Origin: a virus
DNA length: 64,000 nucleotides
Direction: 5' to 3' (one strand)
IMG/VR virus record: IMGVR_UViG_3300042922_000982
Span: 32,001-96,000 of that record
The notes below the pieces were generated by a model that made no database searches, was not told where the DNA came from, and saw only the letters and a program-made list of their open reading frames with translations. How positions within the stretch are numbered: position 1 is the stretch's first letter; the number at the start of each line of letters is the position of its first letter. Below are positions 1 to 9,228 of the stretch, in pieces. The position numbers were made by a program, and so were the translations under genes.

Positions 1-140
1 CAAAAGGTCGCCATTTGCCACCACGTCCCATCTTTTTTTCCAGATCGGACGAACAAATTTCTTCATGCGCCTTTAGCCAACCTTCAGGGTGGCCGCTCCG
101 CGTGCCGGGCATACTGTGATCGAGATGAAAGGAGGCCGTC

Positions 141-278
141 ATGCCGATCCCCGAGACCATTGCCCCGGATCCCGCCCAGCAGGCGGTTGTAGCCATTCAA
201 GCGAGTATTTCAGACGCCCAGCGCGTCGTGAACCAAATCCGCACAGGCGCTCAGCCGAGGCCGCCCCGGCCCGCCTGA
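141..278 (+). CDS. small hypothetical protein (45 aa, not in ORF track)
   Basis: AAGGAGG SD, ATG141, MPIPETIAPDPAQQ..., TGA 276-278. Confidence 0.5.
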   Translation: MPIPETIAPDPAQQAVVAIQASISDAQRVVNQIRTGAQPRPPRPA

Positions 279-293
279 GCCGCAAGACCGCAC

Positions 294-314
294 GCACCCG
301 AAAAAAACCGTTCC
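294..314 (-). repeat. inverted partial copy of the GGAAC cassette motif (lacks GGATA)
   Basis: Reverse complement reads GGAACGGTTTTTTTCGGGTGC, back-to-back with copy 1. Confidence 0.7.
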
Positions 315-335
315 ACCGGCGCCCCAGGGCCCCCA

Positions 336-373
336 GGAACGGTTTTTTTTGCGTCTGGATAGCAGACAGTAGG
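336..373 (+). promoter_or_regulatory. GGAAC-N16-GGATA-N9-AGG cassette promoter motif, copy 1
   Basis: Conserved intergenic motif followed by hairpin, SD and ATG456. Confidence 0.8.
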
Positions 374-394
374 GAGGGGCGCGTGCCCCGCCCA

Positions 395-421
395 GCCTTA
401 CGCCACCCGTGGCGTGGAGGC
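395..421 (+). repeat. GCCTT-ACGCCA-CCCG-TGGCGT-GGAGGC leader hairpin (also 6414-6455, 8263-8289, 30586-30612, 53452-53478)
   Basis: Five related stem-loops, all in leaders upstream of an SD. Confidence 0.7.
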
Positions 422-455
422 CCCCGTCACCCCCACCGTTGAAAGGAGAACCGCC

Positions 456-860
456 ATGGCCCCCAAGAACACCACCCCCACCGGCAAGGTCCGCATCTAT
501 CGCCGCGTCGAGCAGATCGTCGGCCCTGCTTCCTACATCGACACCCTGATCGCCACCTTCGAGGCGATCGGCGACGCGAGCCGCTACGCGCACCACCTGT
601 CGCAAACCGACATGGCCGACACGGTGATCAAGCAGGGCAAGAACGCCTCGCTGGTGCCGAGCCAGCGCCGGGGCGCCTGCCCGGAGTGCGTCCGGCACTA
701 CAACTGGAACGACTACATGGGCTCGCGGCGCACCGCCACGGGCACGGGTGCCGCCCAGGTGCGCTGCGATTGCGGCGCCTTGATCGAGCTGGACCTCGGC
801 TTCCCGATGGGGGGCCACAAGGCCCGGCTGGTGAGCCACGCCCCCGCCCCCGCCCTCTAG
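456..860 (+). CDS. hypothetical protein with Zn-ribbon (CPEC...CDC)
   Basis: GGAGAACCGCC-ATG start; Cys pairs. Confidence 0.8.
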   Translation: MAPKNTTPTGKVRIYRRVEQIVGPASYIDTLIATFEAIGDASRYAHHLSQTDMADTVIKQGKNASLVPSQRRGACPECVRHYNWNDYMGSRRTATGTGAAQVRCDCGALIELDLGFPMGGHKARLVSHAPAPAL

Positions 861-935
861 CCCCGCCCATCCCCCGGCGGCCCCTTGTGGGGCCGCCGGT
901 TGCCCACTACCATGCCCACACAGGAGGATCACCCC

Positions 936-1463
936 ATGAACAATGAACAGACCGCCCAGCCTACCCTCGCCCCCTTCGTGTTCTACATGTCCACCAGCTG
1001 GATCATTGAAGAGATGGGAGGGAGCATCAAGGTCGAGGACGTGACGATCAAGCGTCCCGGCCTGCGCCATCCCACCGACGAGGAAATCGCGGCGGGCTGC
1101 GAGGACGCCATGGTGCCCTGCGACGAGGAGGAGGAATACCAGCGCGTGACGCTCTACAGCGTGCCCGGCGCCCGGCGCATCACCCATATCGCGGTCGGCA
1201 CCGGCCGCGTGCCCACCGAGGAGGGCTGGAGCCTGAGCGGCATCACGGTGCGCGAGGACTCGGACACCGACGGCCTGCCCTTCTGGAGCTACGAGCGCAC
1301 CAGCGACGGCGCCGATTGCGACGGCCGCTTGTCGAGCACATGGGATGGCTACTCGGACGGCACGCCCGACCCCGACGCGCCCGCCTACATGGCCGATCGC
1401 TCCAACCTGATCAAGAAGGGCTCGGGCCAGCGCGACTACGCAGCCGAGGCGGCCGGTTACTAG
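936..1463 (+). CDS. hypothetical acidic protein
   Basis: AGGAGG SD, GC3-rich codons. Confidence 0.8.
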   Translation: MNNEQTAQPTLAPFVFYMSTSWIIEEMGGSIKVEDVTIKRPGLRHPTDEEIAAGCEDAMVPCDEEEEYQRVTLYSVPGARRITHIAVGTGRVPTEEGWSLSGITVREDSDTDGLPFWSYERTSDGADCDGRLSSTWDGYSDGTPDPDAPAYMADRSNLIKKGSGQRDYAAEAAGY

Positions 1464-1486
1464 CCCCCTACCCCAACACCCCACCT

Positions 1487-1508
1487 GCCCCGGCCGCGCG
1501 GCCGGGGC
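1487..1508. repeat. GCCCCGGCCG-type intergenic palindrome (family of about 13 copies)
   Basis: Perfect palindrome GCCCCGGCCGCGCGGCCGGGGC between stop and next SD; relatives listed in findings. Confidence 0.75.
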
Positions 1509-1527
1509 CCTATAAGGAGAACGCCCC

Positions 1528-1776
1528 ATGACCCAGCACGAGCGCGCCACGATCACCATCCCCGACGATCGCCCCTACACCCTCACCAACGACCCCATGG
1601 ACGACCTGATGCTCATCGACGACGAGGGCGTCCGGCACCCGATCGGCACGGAGTACGCCGAGGCCCTCGGCGCCAGCGACGAGGAGATCGCGCTGGCCCG
1701 CAAGGGCTACAAGATGGCCCTGCGCACCTGCGCGCTCGACCTGCTCAGCGAGCTGCTCCACGAAGGCGGGGACTAG
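1528..1776 (+). CDS. hypothetical protein
   Basis: AAGGAG SD, co-oriented ORF. Confidence 0.8.
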   Translation: MTQHERATITIPDDRPYTLTNDPMDDLMLIDDEGVRHPIGTEYAEALGASDEEIALARKGYKMALRTCALDLLSELLHEGGD

Positions 1777-1780
1777 CCCC

Positions 1781-2053
1781 ATGGAGATCAGCCTGAACAC
1801 GACGGGCCGCACGCACCAGGAGGTCTGGCTCGACGGCACCTTGATCGGGTCCGTGCTCACATGGAGCGCGGGCCCCGGCAAACCCCCTCAGTACGAGGCG
1901 CGCACGGCCGACAGCACCCCGATCCGGCTGGGGCCCAACGGCCCCGACCAGGTCATGTACTACGCGACGTCCGCCGAGGCGGCGGGCGCCGTCCTGATGG
2001 CCTACGGCCAGGGCTTCGCCCACGTCACCCCCGGCTGGTTCAAGAAAGGATAA
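1781..2053 (+). CDS. hypothetical protein
   Basis: Tightly packed co-oriented ORF. Confidence 0.75.
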   Translation: MEISLNTTGRTHQEVWLDGTLIGSVLTWSAGPGKPPQYEARTADSTPIRLGPNGPDQVMYYATSAEAAGAVLMAYGQGFAHVTPGWFKKG

Positions 2054-2058
2054 CAACC

Positions 2059-2322
2059 ATGCCCCACAACCACATGCGCGAGGCCACCGAACTTCGCAAC
2101 GAGATCAAGAGCGCCAAGGAGGCGGCCGACGCCACCATGCCGAACAGCGGGGTATCCGCCAACACCGCCGCGATCGTCGCCGCCCAGGAGGCCGTCACGG
2201 CCAACCAGGCGCTGATGCTCGAGGTGCTGCTCGACATCCGCAGCGTCGCGGTGGCCCAGCTTCAAGAGGCGCGCCGGAACGCGCGGGGCTCGGCGCACCG
2301 GGGCGCCTGCCGGGGCAGTTAG
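2059..2322 (+). CDS. hypothetical helical protein
   Basis: AAAGGA SD; TAG abuts cassette copy 2. Confidence 0.7.
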   Translation: MPHNHMREATELRNEIKSAKEAADATMPNSGVSANTAAIVAAQEAVTANQALMLEVLLDIRSVAVAQLQEARRNARGSAHRGACRGS

Positions 2323-2330
2323 GGCCCCCA

Positions 2331-2368
2331 GGAACGGTTTTTTCAGGCCCTGGATAGTAGATAGTAGG
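2331..2368 (+). promoter_or_regulatory. cassette promoter motif, copy 2
   Basis: GGAAC-N16-GGATA-N9-AGG; about 90 bp nearly identical to copy 5. Confidence 0.8.
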
Positions 2369-2438
2369 GGGAGGGCGCGTGCCCGCCCCCACCGCCAACC
2401 ACCCCGCAAGGGTGCGCACCGTTAAAAGGAGAACCGCC

Positions 2439-3503
2439 ATGGCTCACAATCTGGAAATCATCAACGGCAAGGCTTCCATGTTCAGCGGCTCGGGCGTCAC
2501 GCCCTGGCACAAGCTGGGCGTGGTGCTCCCGCACAACCTGACGGCCGCCGAGGCGATCGTCGCGGCCAACATGGACTGGGACGTGGAGCTGCGCCCGCTC
2601 TACATCGAGATCCCCGGCAAGAGCGGCCGGATCAAGCACCAGGGCATCGAGATCGCCAAGGCGACGGTGCGCGCCACCGACGACGTGGTGCTCGGCACGG
2701 TCGGCAACGCCTACACCCCGCTCCAGAACCGCGAGGCGTTCGGCTTCATCGACGCGATCCTGAGCCCGAAGGACGCCTGCATCGAGACGGCGGGCGTGCT
2801 CGACGGCGGCCGGTGCATCTGGATCATGGTCAAGCTGCCGAAAGACGTCACCGTGAAAGTCGGCCGCCACAAGGACCTGATCACCAAGTACCTGCTGCTC
2901 ACCAACCGCCACGACGGCTTCGGCTGCGTGACGATCAAGATGACGCCCGTGCGGGTCGTGTGCGCCAACACGCTCTCTCAGGCGCTCAAGGGCGGCGGCA
3001 TCCAGATCCGGCACACCGCCTCGGTGGTGAGCCGCACCCAGAACGCGGTCACCGAGGAGATGGGGCTCACCACCAAGTTCACCGAGAACCTGATGGCGCG
3101 CACCAGCGAGTTCTACGCCAACTTCAGCGAGGCCGCCAACGCCATGGGCGCCACCAAGCTGAACGACGAGCGCACCCGCGAGTTCCTGCTCCGCTGCCTC
3201 AAGCGCCAGGCCACCGAGAAGGACTTGTCCGACGCGGAGGCCGTGCGCGACGCGGGCGGCGAGATCAAGGTGCCCAAGGCGCTCGACAAGTGCCTGGAGC
3301 TGGTCGAGTACGGCATGGGCGCCGACATGGCGAAGGGCACGCTCTGGGGCGCCTACAACGCCCTCACCGAGTACGCCGATCACCACATGGGCTACCGCAA
3401 CGACAACAACCGCCTGCGCAACATCGGCTTCGAGGGCAACGGCAACGCCCTCAAGGTGCGCGCCTTCGCCGAGGCGTGCAAGATGGCCAAGGTCGGCATC
3501 TAA
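2439..3503 (+). CDS. DUF932 / phage-plasmid LGT (TIGR03299-like) protein
   Basis: MAHNLE...PWHKLG, YTPLQNREAFGF, ETAGVLDGGR, TPVRVVCANTL, GTLWGAYNALTEYADH motifs. Confidence 0.9.
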   Translation: MAHNLEIINGKASMFSGSGVTPWHKLGVVLPHNLTAAEAIVAANMDWDVELRPLYIEIPGKSGRIKHQGIEIAKATVRATDDVVLGTVGNAYTPLQNREAFGFIDAILSPKDACIETAGVLDGGRCIWIMVKLPKDVTVKVGRHKDLITKYLLLTNRHDGFGCVTIKMTPVRVVCANTLSQALKGGGIQIRHTASVVSRTQNAVTEEMGLTTKFTENLMARTSEFYANFSEAANAMGATKLNDERTREFLLRCLKRQATEKDLSDAEAVRDAGGEIKVPKALDKCLELVEYGMGADMAKGTLWGAYNALTEYADHHMGYRNDNNRLRNIGFEGNGNALKVRAFAEACKMAKVGI

Positions 3504-3552
3504 CCCCACCCCCACCCCCGGCTTCGGCCGGGGGCTTCAGGAGACAAACGCC

Positions 3553-3714
3553 ATGAATATTCGAGTCGAGGTCACCTACTACTGCGGCCACAAGAAAACC
3601 CAAAAGGTCGGTCAATACGAAACCTCCAAGGGCAAAATTCAGCGCGCCAGCGAGATCAACTGCCCTGATTGCGTTCGTGATGTCAAGGCCCGTAAGGGAA
3701 CGGTCCTGAGTTAA
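3553..3714 (+). CDS. small Zn-ribbon protein (53 aa, CGH...CPDC), atypical codon usage, not in ORF track
   Basis: AGGAG SD, MNIRVEVTYYCGHKK...NCPDCVR..., TAA 3712-3714. Confidence 0.75.
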   Translation: MNIRVEVTYYCGHKKTQKVGQYETSKGKIQRASEINCPDCVRDVKARKGTVLS

Positions 3715-3761
3715 CCCATGCCCCCGGCCGCGCGCGGCCGGGGCTTTCAAGGAGATCCGCC

Positions 3762-4313
3762 ATGACCACCCCGACCCCCGCCCCCTTCCGCTTCACTGAG
3801 ATGGACCGCGCCGAGATGGGCTACGCCAACGACCTGCTCTCGGAGCACGGCGTCACCATTCGCCCCGTGCCCGACGAGAACAGCGTGATCGCCTACGACG
3901 CCGACGACGAGGAAATTTACCGCACGCCCGACATGTGCTCCATGGTCGACTTCGTCAACGGCTACGCCGTCTGCGCCGGGCGCATGAGCCCGGCCGCCAC
4001 CCCGCAGGCCAGGCATTGCGAGCGCTGCGGCGGCCCCTACTACGCCAAGGCCCGCTGCCAGCCCTGCTACAAGCACCGCTGGGATCGCGGCGTGGAGCGC
4101 CCGCTGCCCGTCACGGACGGCAAGCCCTGGGAGGTCCTCACGATCAAGCGCGCCGCCGACGGGCGCTACCGCTGGCACGTCCACGGGATCAACCACTACA
4201 CCAAGGAGCCGTTCTACTGGAACGTCGCCGACATCGCCGACCCCCAGTACGGCACCGACAACGTCATCGTCGGCGCCGAGCTGATCGCCGAGGCGAGAAA
4301 GGCCCAGCCGTGA
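3762..4313 (+). CDS. hypothetical protein with CxxC...CxxC
   Basis: AAGGAG SD; CERCGG...CQPC. Confidence 0.8.
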   Translation: MTTPTPAPFRFTEMDRAEMGYANDLLSEHGVTIRPVPDENSVIAYDADDEEIYRTPDMCSMVDFVNGYAVCAGRMSPAATPQARHCERCGGPYYAKARCQPCYKHRWDRGVERPLPVTDGKPWEVLTIKRAADGRYRWHVHGINHYTKEPFYWNVADIADPQYGTDNVIVGAELIAEARKAQP

Positions 4314-4687
4314 CGGCGCGCATCCTGCCCCCGCACCCGATCGGCGCGGGCCAGCCGTTCACCTGGGACGACGTGTTCGCGCACGCCAAGGCCGAGGCCG
4401 AGGCCGTGGCGCCCGTGAGCGAGCTGCTCGCCCTGCTTCCCAAGGGCACCGTCCTGCTCGCGCTGGACGGCTCGCGCTGGCTGTTTGTCGACGAGTGGCT
4501 CGCCAAGCACGGCGATCAATGGCTCAAGCCGGACACCTACGGCCTGGCCACCATGAACGCCGTGCACGAGAGGGGCGGCCGGATTCGAATCTTGCGCCGC
4601 GAGCTGCACCAGGCGGCCGAGGCGTACGACCCCACGATGGCCCTTGTCTGGCACGGCCAGGTCATCAAGTTTCATCTGCCCCGCTAA
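4310..4687 (+). CDS. hypothetical protein
   Basis: GTGA overlap with upstream stop. Confidence 0.7.
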   Translation: MTARILPPHPIGAGQPFTWDDVFAHAKAEAEAVAPVSELLALLPKGTVLLALDGSRWLFVDEWLAKHGDQWLKPDTYGLATMNAVHERGGRIRILRRELHQAAEAYDPTMALVWHGQVIKFHLPR

Positions 4688-4777
4688 CGCCCTGGCGGTG
4701 CCTGGTTCTTGCCGGGCGCCGCCCTCGACTGCTAACATAACAACCACCGCCACCCCCACCGACAACGGAGAACCGCC

Positions 4778-5578
4778 TTGCTACACCCACACGAAATTCA
4801 CCTGCCCGGCTGCGCGCCACAGGCACCCGCCACCCCCGCCACCAAGACATGCCCCGCCTGCCGCATCGACCTCCCCGCCGTCGCCTTCAACTTGTGCCGC
4901 TCGCGGCGCGACGGCTTGCAAGTGTACTGCCGCCCCTGCCACGACAACAAGAAGCTGCAAGCCCGCATGCGCGCGATCGCCATCGAGGTGGCCCGCAAGA
5001 CGGCCGAGGCCGAGGCGATCGCCCAGGGCGCCTACGCCCGCGAGGAGGCGGCCCTATCCATTCTGGATCGGGCCGCCGCCACCGAGGCCGAAAACGACCG
5101 GCTGCACGACGCGCTCGCCTTCGACCGCGTGCGCATGCTGGAGCTTCACGCCCGGCTATCCGCCCTCGAGTCCCAGTTGTCCGGCCGCGCGGCCCCCGCC
5201 GCCCCCGCCGACTGGAAGGCCGACGCCGTCGCCTCGGTGCACCGGGCCCTGCGCCACGAGATGGGCTTCGCGCTCGACGAGCTGCGCGAGCGCTTCGGCC
5301 GCGCGGACGGCGTCGACCGCGCGCTCGACGCGGCGGCCTTCGCCGAGAGCAACTTCCCCGGTGACTCCCACGCCATGCGGCTCATCTTCAAGAAGGCGGT
5401 CCGCATCCACCTGCGCCCCATGATCGAGGGCGCGCTCATGACGCGCGAGCACGACAACAACCAATGGGGCCGCAGCATCTGGATCGCCCAGATCGGCCGC
5501 GAGTACCGCATCGCCTACGACCTGAAGGGCGATCGCCCGGCGTTCGTCAAGACCTCGACGCGCGCCTGCTTTTTCTAG
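4778..5578 (+). CDS. hypothetical protein, N-terminal Zn finger of the type found on phage HNH/endonuclease VII proteins, plus coiled coil
   Basis: GGAGAACCGCC-TTG start; KTCPAC...F...RDGLQVYCRPC. Confidence 0.7.
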   Translation: MLHPHEIHLPGCAPQAPATPATKTCPACRIDLPAVAFNLCRSRRDGLQVYCRPCHDNKKLQARMRAIAIEVARKTAEAEAIAQGAYAREEAALSILDRAAATEAENDRLHDALAFDRVRMLELHARLSALESQLSGRAAPAAPADWKADAVASVHRALRHEMGFALDELRERFGRADGVDRALDAAAFAESNFPGDSHAMRLIFKKAVRIHLRPMIEGALMTREHDNNQWGRSIWIAQIGREYRIAYDLKGDRPAFVKTSTRACFF

Positions 5579-5671
5579 CCCCGTCCCCTCACCCCCCATC
5601 GCCCGCCCCGGCAGGGAAGCGCAACCGTGCGCGGCCCGCACCGGGGCGGGCTTTTGACAAGGAGAACCGCC

Positions 5672-6262
5672 ATGGATCCCAACGCCAACATCGCCGAGCA
5701 GCGGCGCATCACCGCCCAAATACTCGACGTCAACGACCCCGGTCGGCTCGACGAGCTGGCCGTTCGGCTTGCCGAGCTGAGCCAGGCCCTCGACGAGTGG
5801 CGCCGAAAGGGCGGCTTCGACCCGTACCTGGGGGCCCCCGAGTACGTCGGCAACAACATGGCGGCCCAGCGCGAGCTGGCGTCGAGCATCGTGGGGGCCT
5901 GGCGCGCGCCCGGCGGCGCCTACGAGCCCGCCGACGGCGCCAAGCTCGCCGAGATGGTGCTGGCGCACGCCGCGCCCGCCAAACCCGACGCCATGCGCGC
6001 GCTGGCCCTTGAGATCACGGCCATGTATGAGGGCGACGGCGAGAGCGGCAACATCGCCGCCAAGGCGTACGCGCTCGCCGACATGGTGATCTGCCAGCCG
6101 CCCACGCTGGCGCTCACCAACGATCAGCGCGCCAAGCTGCGCCAGGCGGCCTCCGAGCGCGGCGAGGAGGTGACGCCCGAGTACCTGCACGAGCAGGCCG
6201 AGCGGGCGCTCGCGATCGGCGTGAACACCATTTACGAGCCGGACTACGACGAGCGCGTGTAG
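5672..6262 (+). CDS. conserved phage hypothetical protein (MDPNA...ALDEW..KGGF.P)
   Basis: Start-associated motif; N-terminal motif recurrent in phage proteins. Confidence 0.75.
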   Translation: MDPNANIAEQRRITAQILDVNDPGRLDELAVRLAELSQALDEWRRKGGFDPYLGAPEYVGNNMAAQRELASSIVGAWRAPGGAYEPADGAKLAEMVLAHAAPAKPDAMRALALEITAMYEGDGESGNIAAKAYALADMVICQPPTLALTNDQRAKLRQAASERGEEVTPEYLHEQAERALAIGVNTIYEPDYDERV

Positions 6263-6274
6263 GCGATCGCGCGG

Positions 6275-6303
6275 AGGCCCGCCCCCACCGGGGCGGGCCT
6301 TTT
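6275..6303 (+). terminator. intrinsic terminator
   Basis: AGGCCCGCCCC-CACC-GGGGCGGGCCT followed by T run. Confidence 0.75.
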
Positions 6304-6354
6304 GTCGTTTGTGGTGTCGGTTTACAAACCTTCTAACAGGCAGGCCCGGCCGCC

Positions 6355-6363
6355 TGGTATCAT
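6355..6363 (+). promoter_or_regulatory. extended -10 (TGgTATCAT) upstream of dnaN
   Basis: TGn-TANNNT in an AT-richer gap after a terminator. Confidence 0.5.
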
Positions 6364-6504
6364 GGCCGCGTGCGACCCTGCGCATGCCCCTCCCTAAAGG
6401 GGCCGTCACCCCCGCCTTCCGCCACCCGGTCATAGCGACCACGGTGCGTGGAGGCCCCAGCCACCCGCGCCCGCCGGGCGCCACCGAAAGGATCCACCAC
6501 CCGC

Positions 6505-7632
6505 ATGAAGTTCACCATCGAACAGGCCGCCCTTCGTGAGTTGCTCTCCAAGGTGCGCCCCTTCATCTCGACCCGCGCGCCCCAGCCGGTGCTGAACAAC
6601 TTTTTGATCGGCGTGAAAGACGGCACGCTGTCGGTCTACGGCACCGACATGGAGTGCACCATGATGACCGGCACCACCCTGCTCGCCGCCACCGACGGCC
6701 GCGTGACGGTGCCTGCCAAGCAGCTGACGGACATCGTCGGCAAGCTGCAAGGCGGCCCGATCGACATCACCTGCGAGGACGGCGTCGAGACCGTCGTCAA
6801 GCAGAAGCGGACCACCTTCAAGCTGCGCGGCATGGTCGCAGCCGAGTACCCGGATCCCAAGGTGCCGCAGGGCGAGCCGGTCCTTGAGCTGGAGGCGAGC
6901 CTCCTGCTCGACATGATCACGCGCACGAGCTACGCCATCATGGGCGGCGAGAACGCGGGCGTTTTGGGCGGCATGTGGCTGCGCCTGCAAGGCGGGCGCC
7001 TGGAGGCGTGCGGCACGGACGGCTTCCGCTTGAGCCACTACGTCAGCGAGTTCGACGCCGACGGCGAGTTCACCGTGATCATCCCGCGCCGCGCCGCCTC
7101 CGAGGTCGCCAAGCTGCTCAAGGGCGCGCAGGGCGCCGTCAAGCTCTTCGAGTCGCGCGGGGAGCTGGGCATCGAGGTCAACGGCGGCGAGGCGTTCATG
7201 ACGACCCGGCACCTCGACGGGCTCTACCCGCCCTTCTGGCAGGTGATCCCCAAGGAGTCCATGCAAACGGTCTACCTGGACCGCCAGAGCCTGATCGACG
7301 CGGTCGACCGCGTGTCGATCATGACCAGCGAGCTGGAGGCGGACCTCATCACGCTCAACTTCGCCGGGGGCGAGCTGACGATCAAGGCCACCCGCGACGC
7401 GACGGGCAGCGGCTCGGACGTGGTCAACTGCGCCGAGGTGTCCGAGCCCTTCGAGGTGCTCATGAAGGCGGGCTACCTGCTCGACTCGCTCAAGAGCAAC
7501 GATTCGGCCAACGTCGGCTTCTTCTTCGCGGGCAAGGGCAAGCCCTGCCTGCTGGTTTCCGACCGCGAGGGTGATCCGCTCACCAGCTTGATCATGCCGT
7601 TCCAGCAGCCGAACGCCCCCGCCCAGGCGTAG
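6505..7632 (+). CDS. dnaN: DNA polymerase III beta sliding clamp
   Basis: 375 aa; MKFTIEQ, GTDME, VPAKQL, EYP, GTDGFRL, IIPRRA, GLYPPFWQVIP, YLLDSL, LIMP motifs. Confidence 0.93.
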   Translation: MKFTIEQAALRELLSKVRPFISTRAPQPVLNNFLIGVKDGTLSVYGTDMECTMMTGTTLLAATDGRVTVPAKQLTDIVGKLQGGPIDITCEDGVETVVKQKRTTFKLRGMVAAEYPDPKVPQGEPVLELEASLLLDMITRTSYAIMGGENAGVLGGMWLRLQGGRLEACGTDGFRLSHYVSEFDADGEFTVIIPRRAASEVAKLLKGAQGAVKLFESRGELGIEVNGGEAFMTTRHLDGLYPPFWQVIPKESMQTVYLDRQSLIDAVDRVSIMTSELEADLITLNFAGGELTIKATRDATGSGSDVVNCAEVSEPFEVLMKAGYLLDSLKSNDSANVGFFFAGKGKPCLLVSDREGDPLTSLIMPFQQPNAPAQA

Positions 7633-7635
7633 GCC

Positions 7636-7914
7636 GTGGCGCGGAATTTCTACCTCGTCCTGCCGGTGCCCGGCACCGCGCCGGACGTGGTCGGGCTGAT
7701 CGTGAGCCGGTTCTACTCGCAAGACGGCGCGCTGCGCCAGCGCAAGATCCTGCGCGGCGCGCTCAGGCGCAAGCACGGCCCCACGGCCGTGCTGGACCTC
7801 AAGATCGAGAAGGGCCGCGTACCCGACGGCGAGCAGTACTTCAGGGAGTGTCACCGTGGCCGCGACGAGCGTGGCCGCGACGAGCGCGCACCCCGGCAGG
7901 GGGGTGGGGCCTAG
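7636..7914 (+). CDS. hypothetical basic protein
   Basis: Directly follows dnaN; contains a 15-bp tandem duplication at 7856-7885. Confidence 0.6.
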   Translation: MARNFYLVLPVPGTAPDVVGLIVSRFYSQDGALRQRKILRGALRRKHGPTAVLDLKIEKGRVPDGEQYFRECHRGRDERGRDERAPRQGGGA

Positions 7915-7943
7915 CCCCGCCCCCCTCTTTGTGGAGGACCCCC

Positions 7944-8183
7944 ATGAAAGATTGGTTATTGGCCCAGGAGCAGGCGCGGCACGCGCGCACAGTGTGGGCG
8001 ATCGAGCACGACGTCTGGCTGTGGGCCATGGTGATCGGGTTCGGGGCCCTGGCCCTGTTCATCGTCTGGAACCTGGTGGCAGACGCCGTCACCCGGCGGC
8101 GGCGCGCGAAGGCCAAGCAGGCCGAGCAGGTGAAGCGGGCCGAGGCGGCCAGGCGCTGGTGGCGGATGCTGGGCAAGCCGTAG
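7944..8183 (+). CDS. small membrane protein
   Basis: GGAGG SD; one hydrophobic helix VWLWAMVIGFGALALFIVWNLV then basic tail. Confidence 0.75.
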   Translation: MKDWLLAQEQARHARTVWAIEHDVWLWAMVIGFGALALFIVWNLVADAVTRRRRAKAKQAEQVKRAEAARRWWRMLGKP

Positions 8184-8204
8184 GAAAATGGGCCAGGGCC
8201 CCCA

Positions 8205-8242
8205 GGAACGGTTTTTTCGGGGTGTGGATAGTAGATAGTAGG
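8205..8242 (+). promoter_or_regulatory. cassette promoter motif, copy 3
   Basis: GGAAC-N16-GGATA-N9-AGG. Confidence 0.8.
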
Positions 8243-8323
8243 GAGGGCACCGCGCCCGCCCAGCCTTACGCCACCCGTGGCGTGGAGGCCCCCGTTACCC
8301 CCACCGACGAAAGGACAACCCCC

Positions 8324-8653
8324 ATGACCAATGAGAACAACAACGCCTCCACCCCCGTCGATCGCCTGGTGGCGACCGGCATGACCGAGCAAGAAGCCCG
8401 CTTCTTGCTGATGACCGGCTGCACCAAGCACGCGCTCGACTCCTTGATCGCCGACCCCGAGCGGGGCCGGAACAACCCGGCCGACGTGCAGATGATTGCC
8501 ATCAGCATGTTGAGCGACACCCAGGAGGAAATGGGGATGTACGCCGGGCACCCGGACGTCATCGAGAACGCGCGCCAGCGCATCAACCGCGTGAAGTACC
8601 TGCTCGACTGGGTCAAAACCACGCTGCGCGAGCGCGAGCGCCTGACGCCCTAG
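8324..8653 (+). CDS. hypothetical protein (single-gene cassette between copies 3 and 4)
   Basis: AAAGGA SD. Confidence 0.8.
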   Translation: MTNENNNASTPVDRLVATGMTEQEARFLLMTGCTKHALDSLIADPERGRNNPADVQMIAISMLSDTQEEMGMYAGHPDVIENARQRINRVKYLLDWVKTTLRERERLTP

Positions 8654-8675
8654 TCGGCGCCTTCCTGGGCCCCCA

Positions 8676-8713
8676 GGAACGGTTTTTTCACGCCCCGGAT
8701 AACAGACACCAGG
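8676..8713 (+). promoter_or_regulatory. cassette promoter motif, copy 4
   Basis: GGAAC-N16-GGATA-N9-AGG. Confidence 0.8.
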
Positions 8714-8783
8714 GGGCGGCGCACCGTAGGCGCTATGCCGTGCCGCCCCCACCGTTACCCCCACCGCCACAAGGAGAACCGCC

Positions 8784-9155
8784 ATGACCACCATCCAGCT
8801 GATCACCCTGCCCCCCGTTGCCATGATCGTCACCACCCGCCCCGACGGCGTGACGATCACGGGGCGCTACCCATGCACCAACACGCTGCGGCTGCCCAAG
8901 GCCCCTCGCTTCACGGCGGGCGCCTGGGAGGCCACGGTGGCCGCCGCCCACGCCGCCGCCAAGCGTGGCCGCAAGGCCGCCAAGGCGCCGCGCGCGATCA
9001 CGACGACCGCGCACCTGCCCTTCTTCGTGGATCCGCGCGTGAACGCCGAGATCGACGCGGAGGCCCGGCGCTCCGAGGCGATCGCCGCGATGGACACCAT
9101 GGCCACCTGGCGCCCCCTCAAGGAGCGCGTCCAGATGTTCCGCATCGCCCGCTAA
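8784..9155 (+). CDS. hypothetical protein
   Basis: Start-associated motif. Confidence 0.75.
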   Translation: MTTIQLITLPPVAMIVTTRPDGVTITGRYPCTNTLRLPKAPRFTAGAWEATVAAAHAAAKRGRKAAKAPRAITTTAHLPFFVDPRVNAEIDAEARRSEAIAAMDTMATWRPLKERVQMFRIAR

Positions 9156-9228
9156 CCCCCCCCGCCACCCCGGCCGCCTCGCGCGGCCGGGGGTTTTCCC
9201 GTTTCACCCACCGCCAAGGAGAACCGCC

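Noticed and set aside
4778-5578. HNH homing endonuclease
   Set aside because: Only the N-terminal Zn finger is present; no HNH or endonuclease VII catalytic motif follows.
7856-7885. 15-bp tandem duplication as a functional repeat
   Set aside because: Only two copies, in frame near a C-terminus; likely replication slippage.
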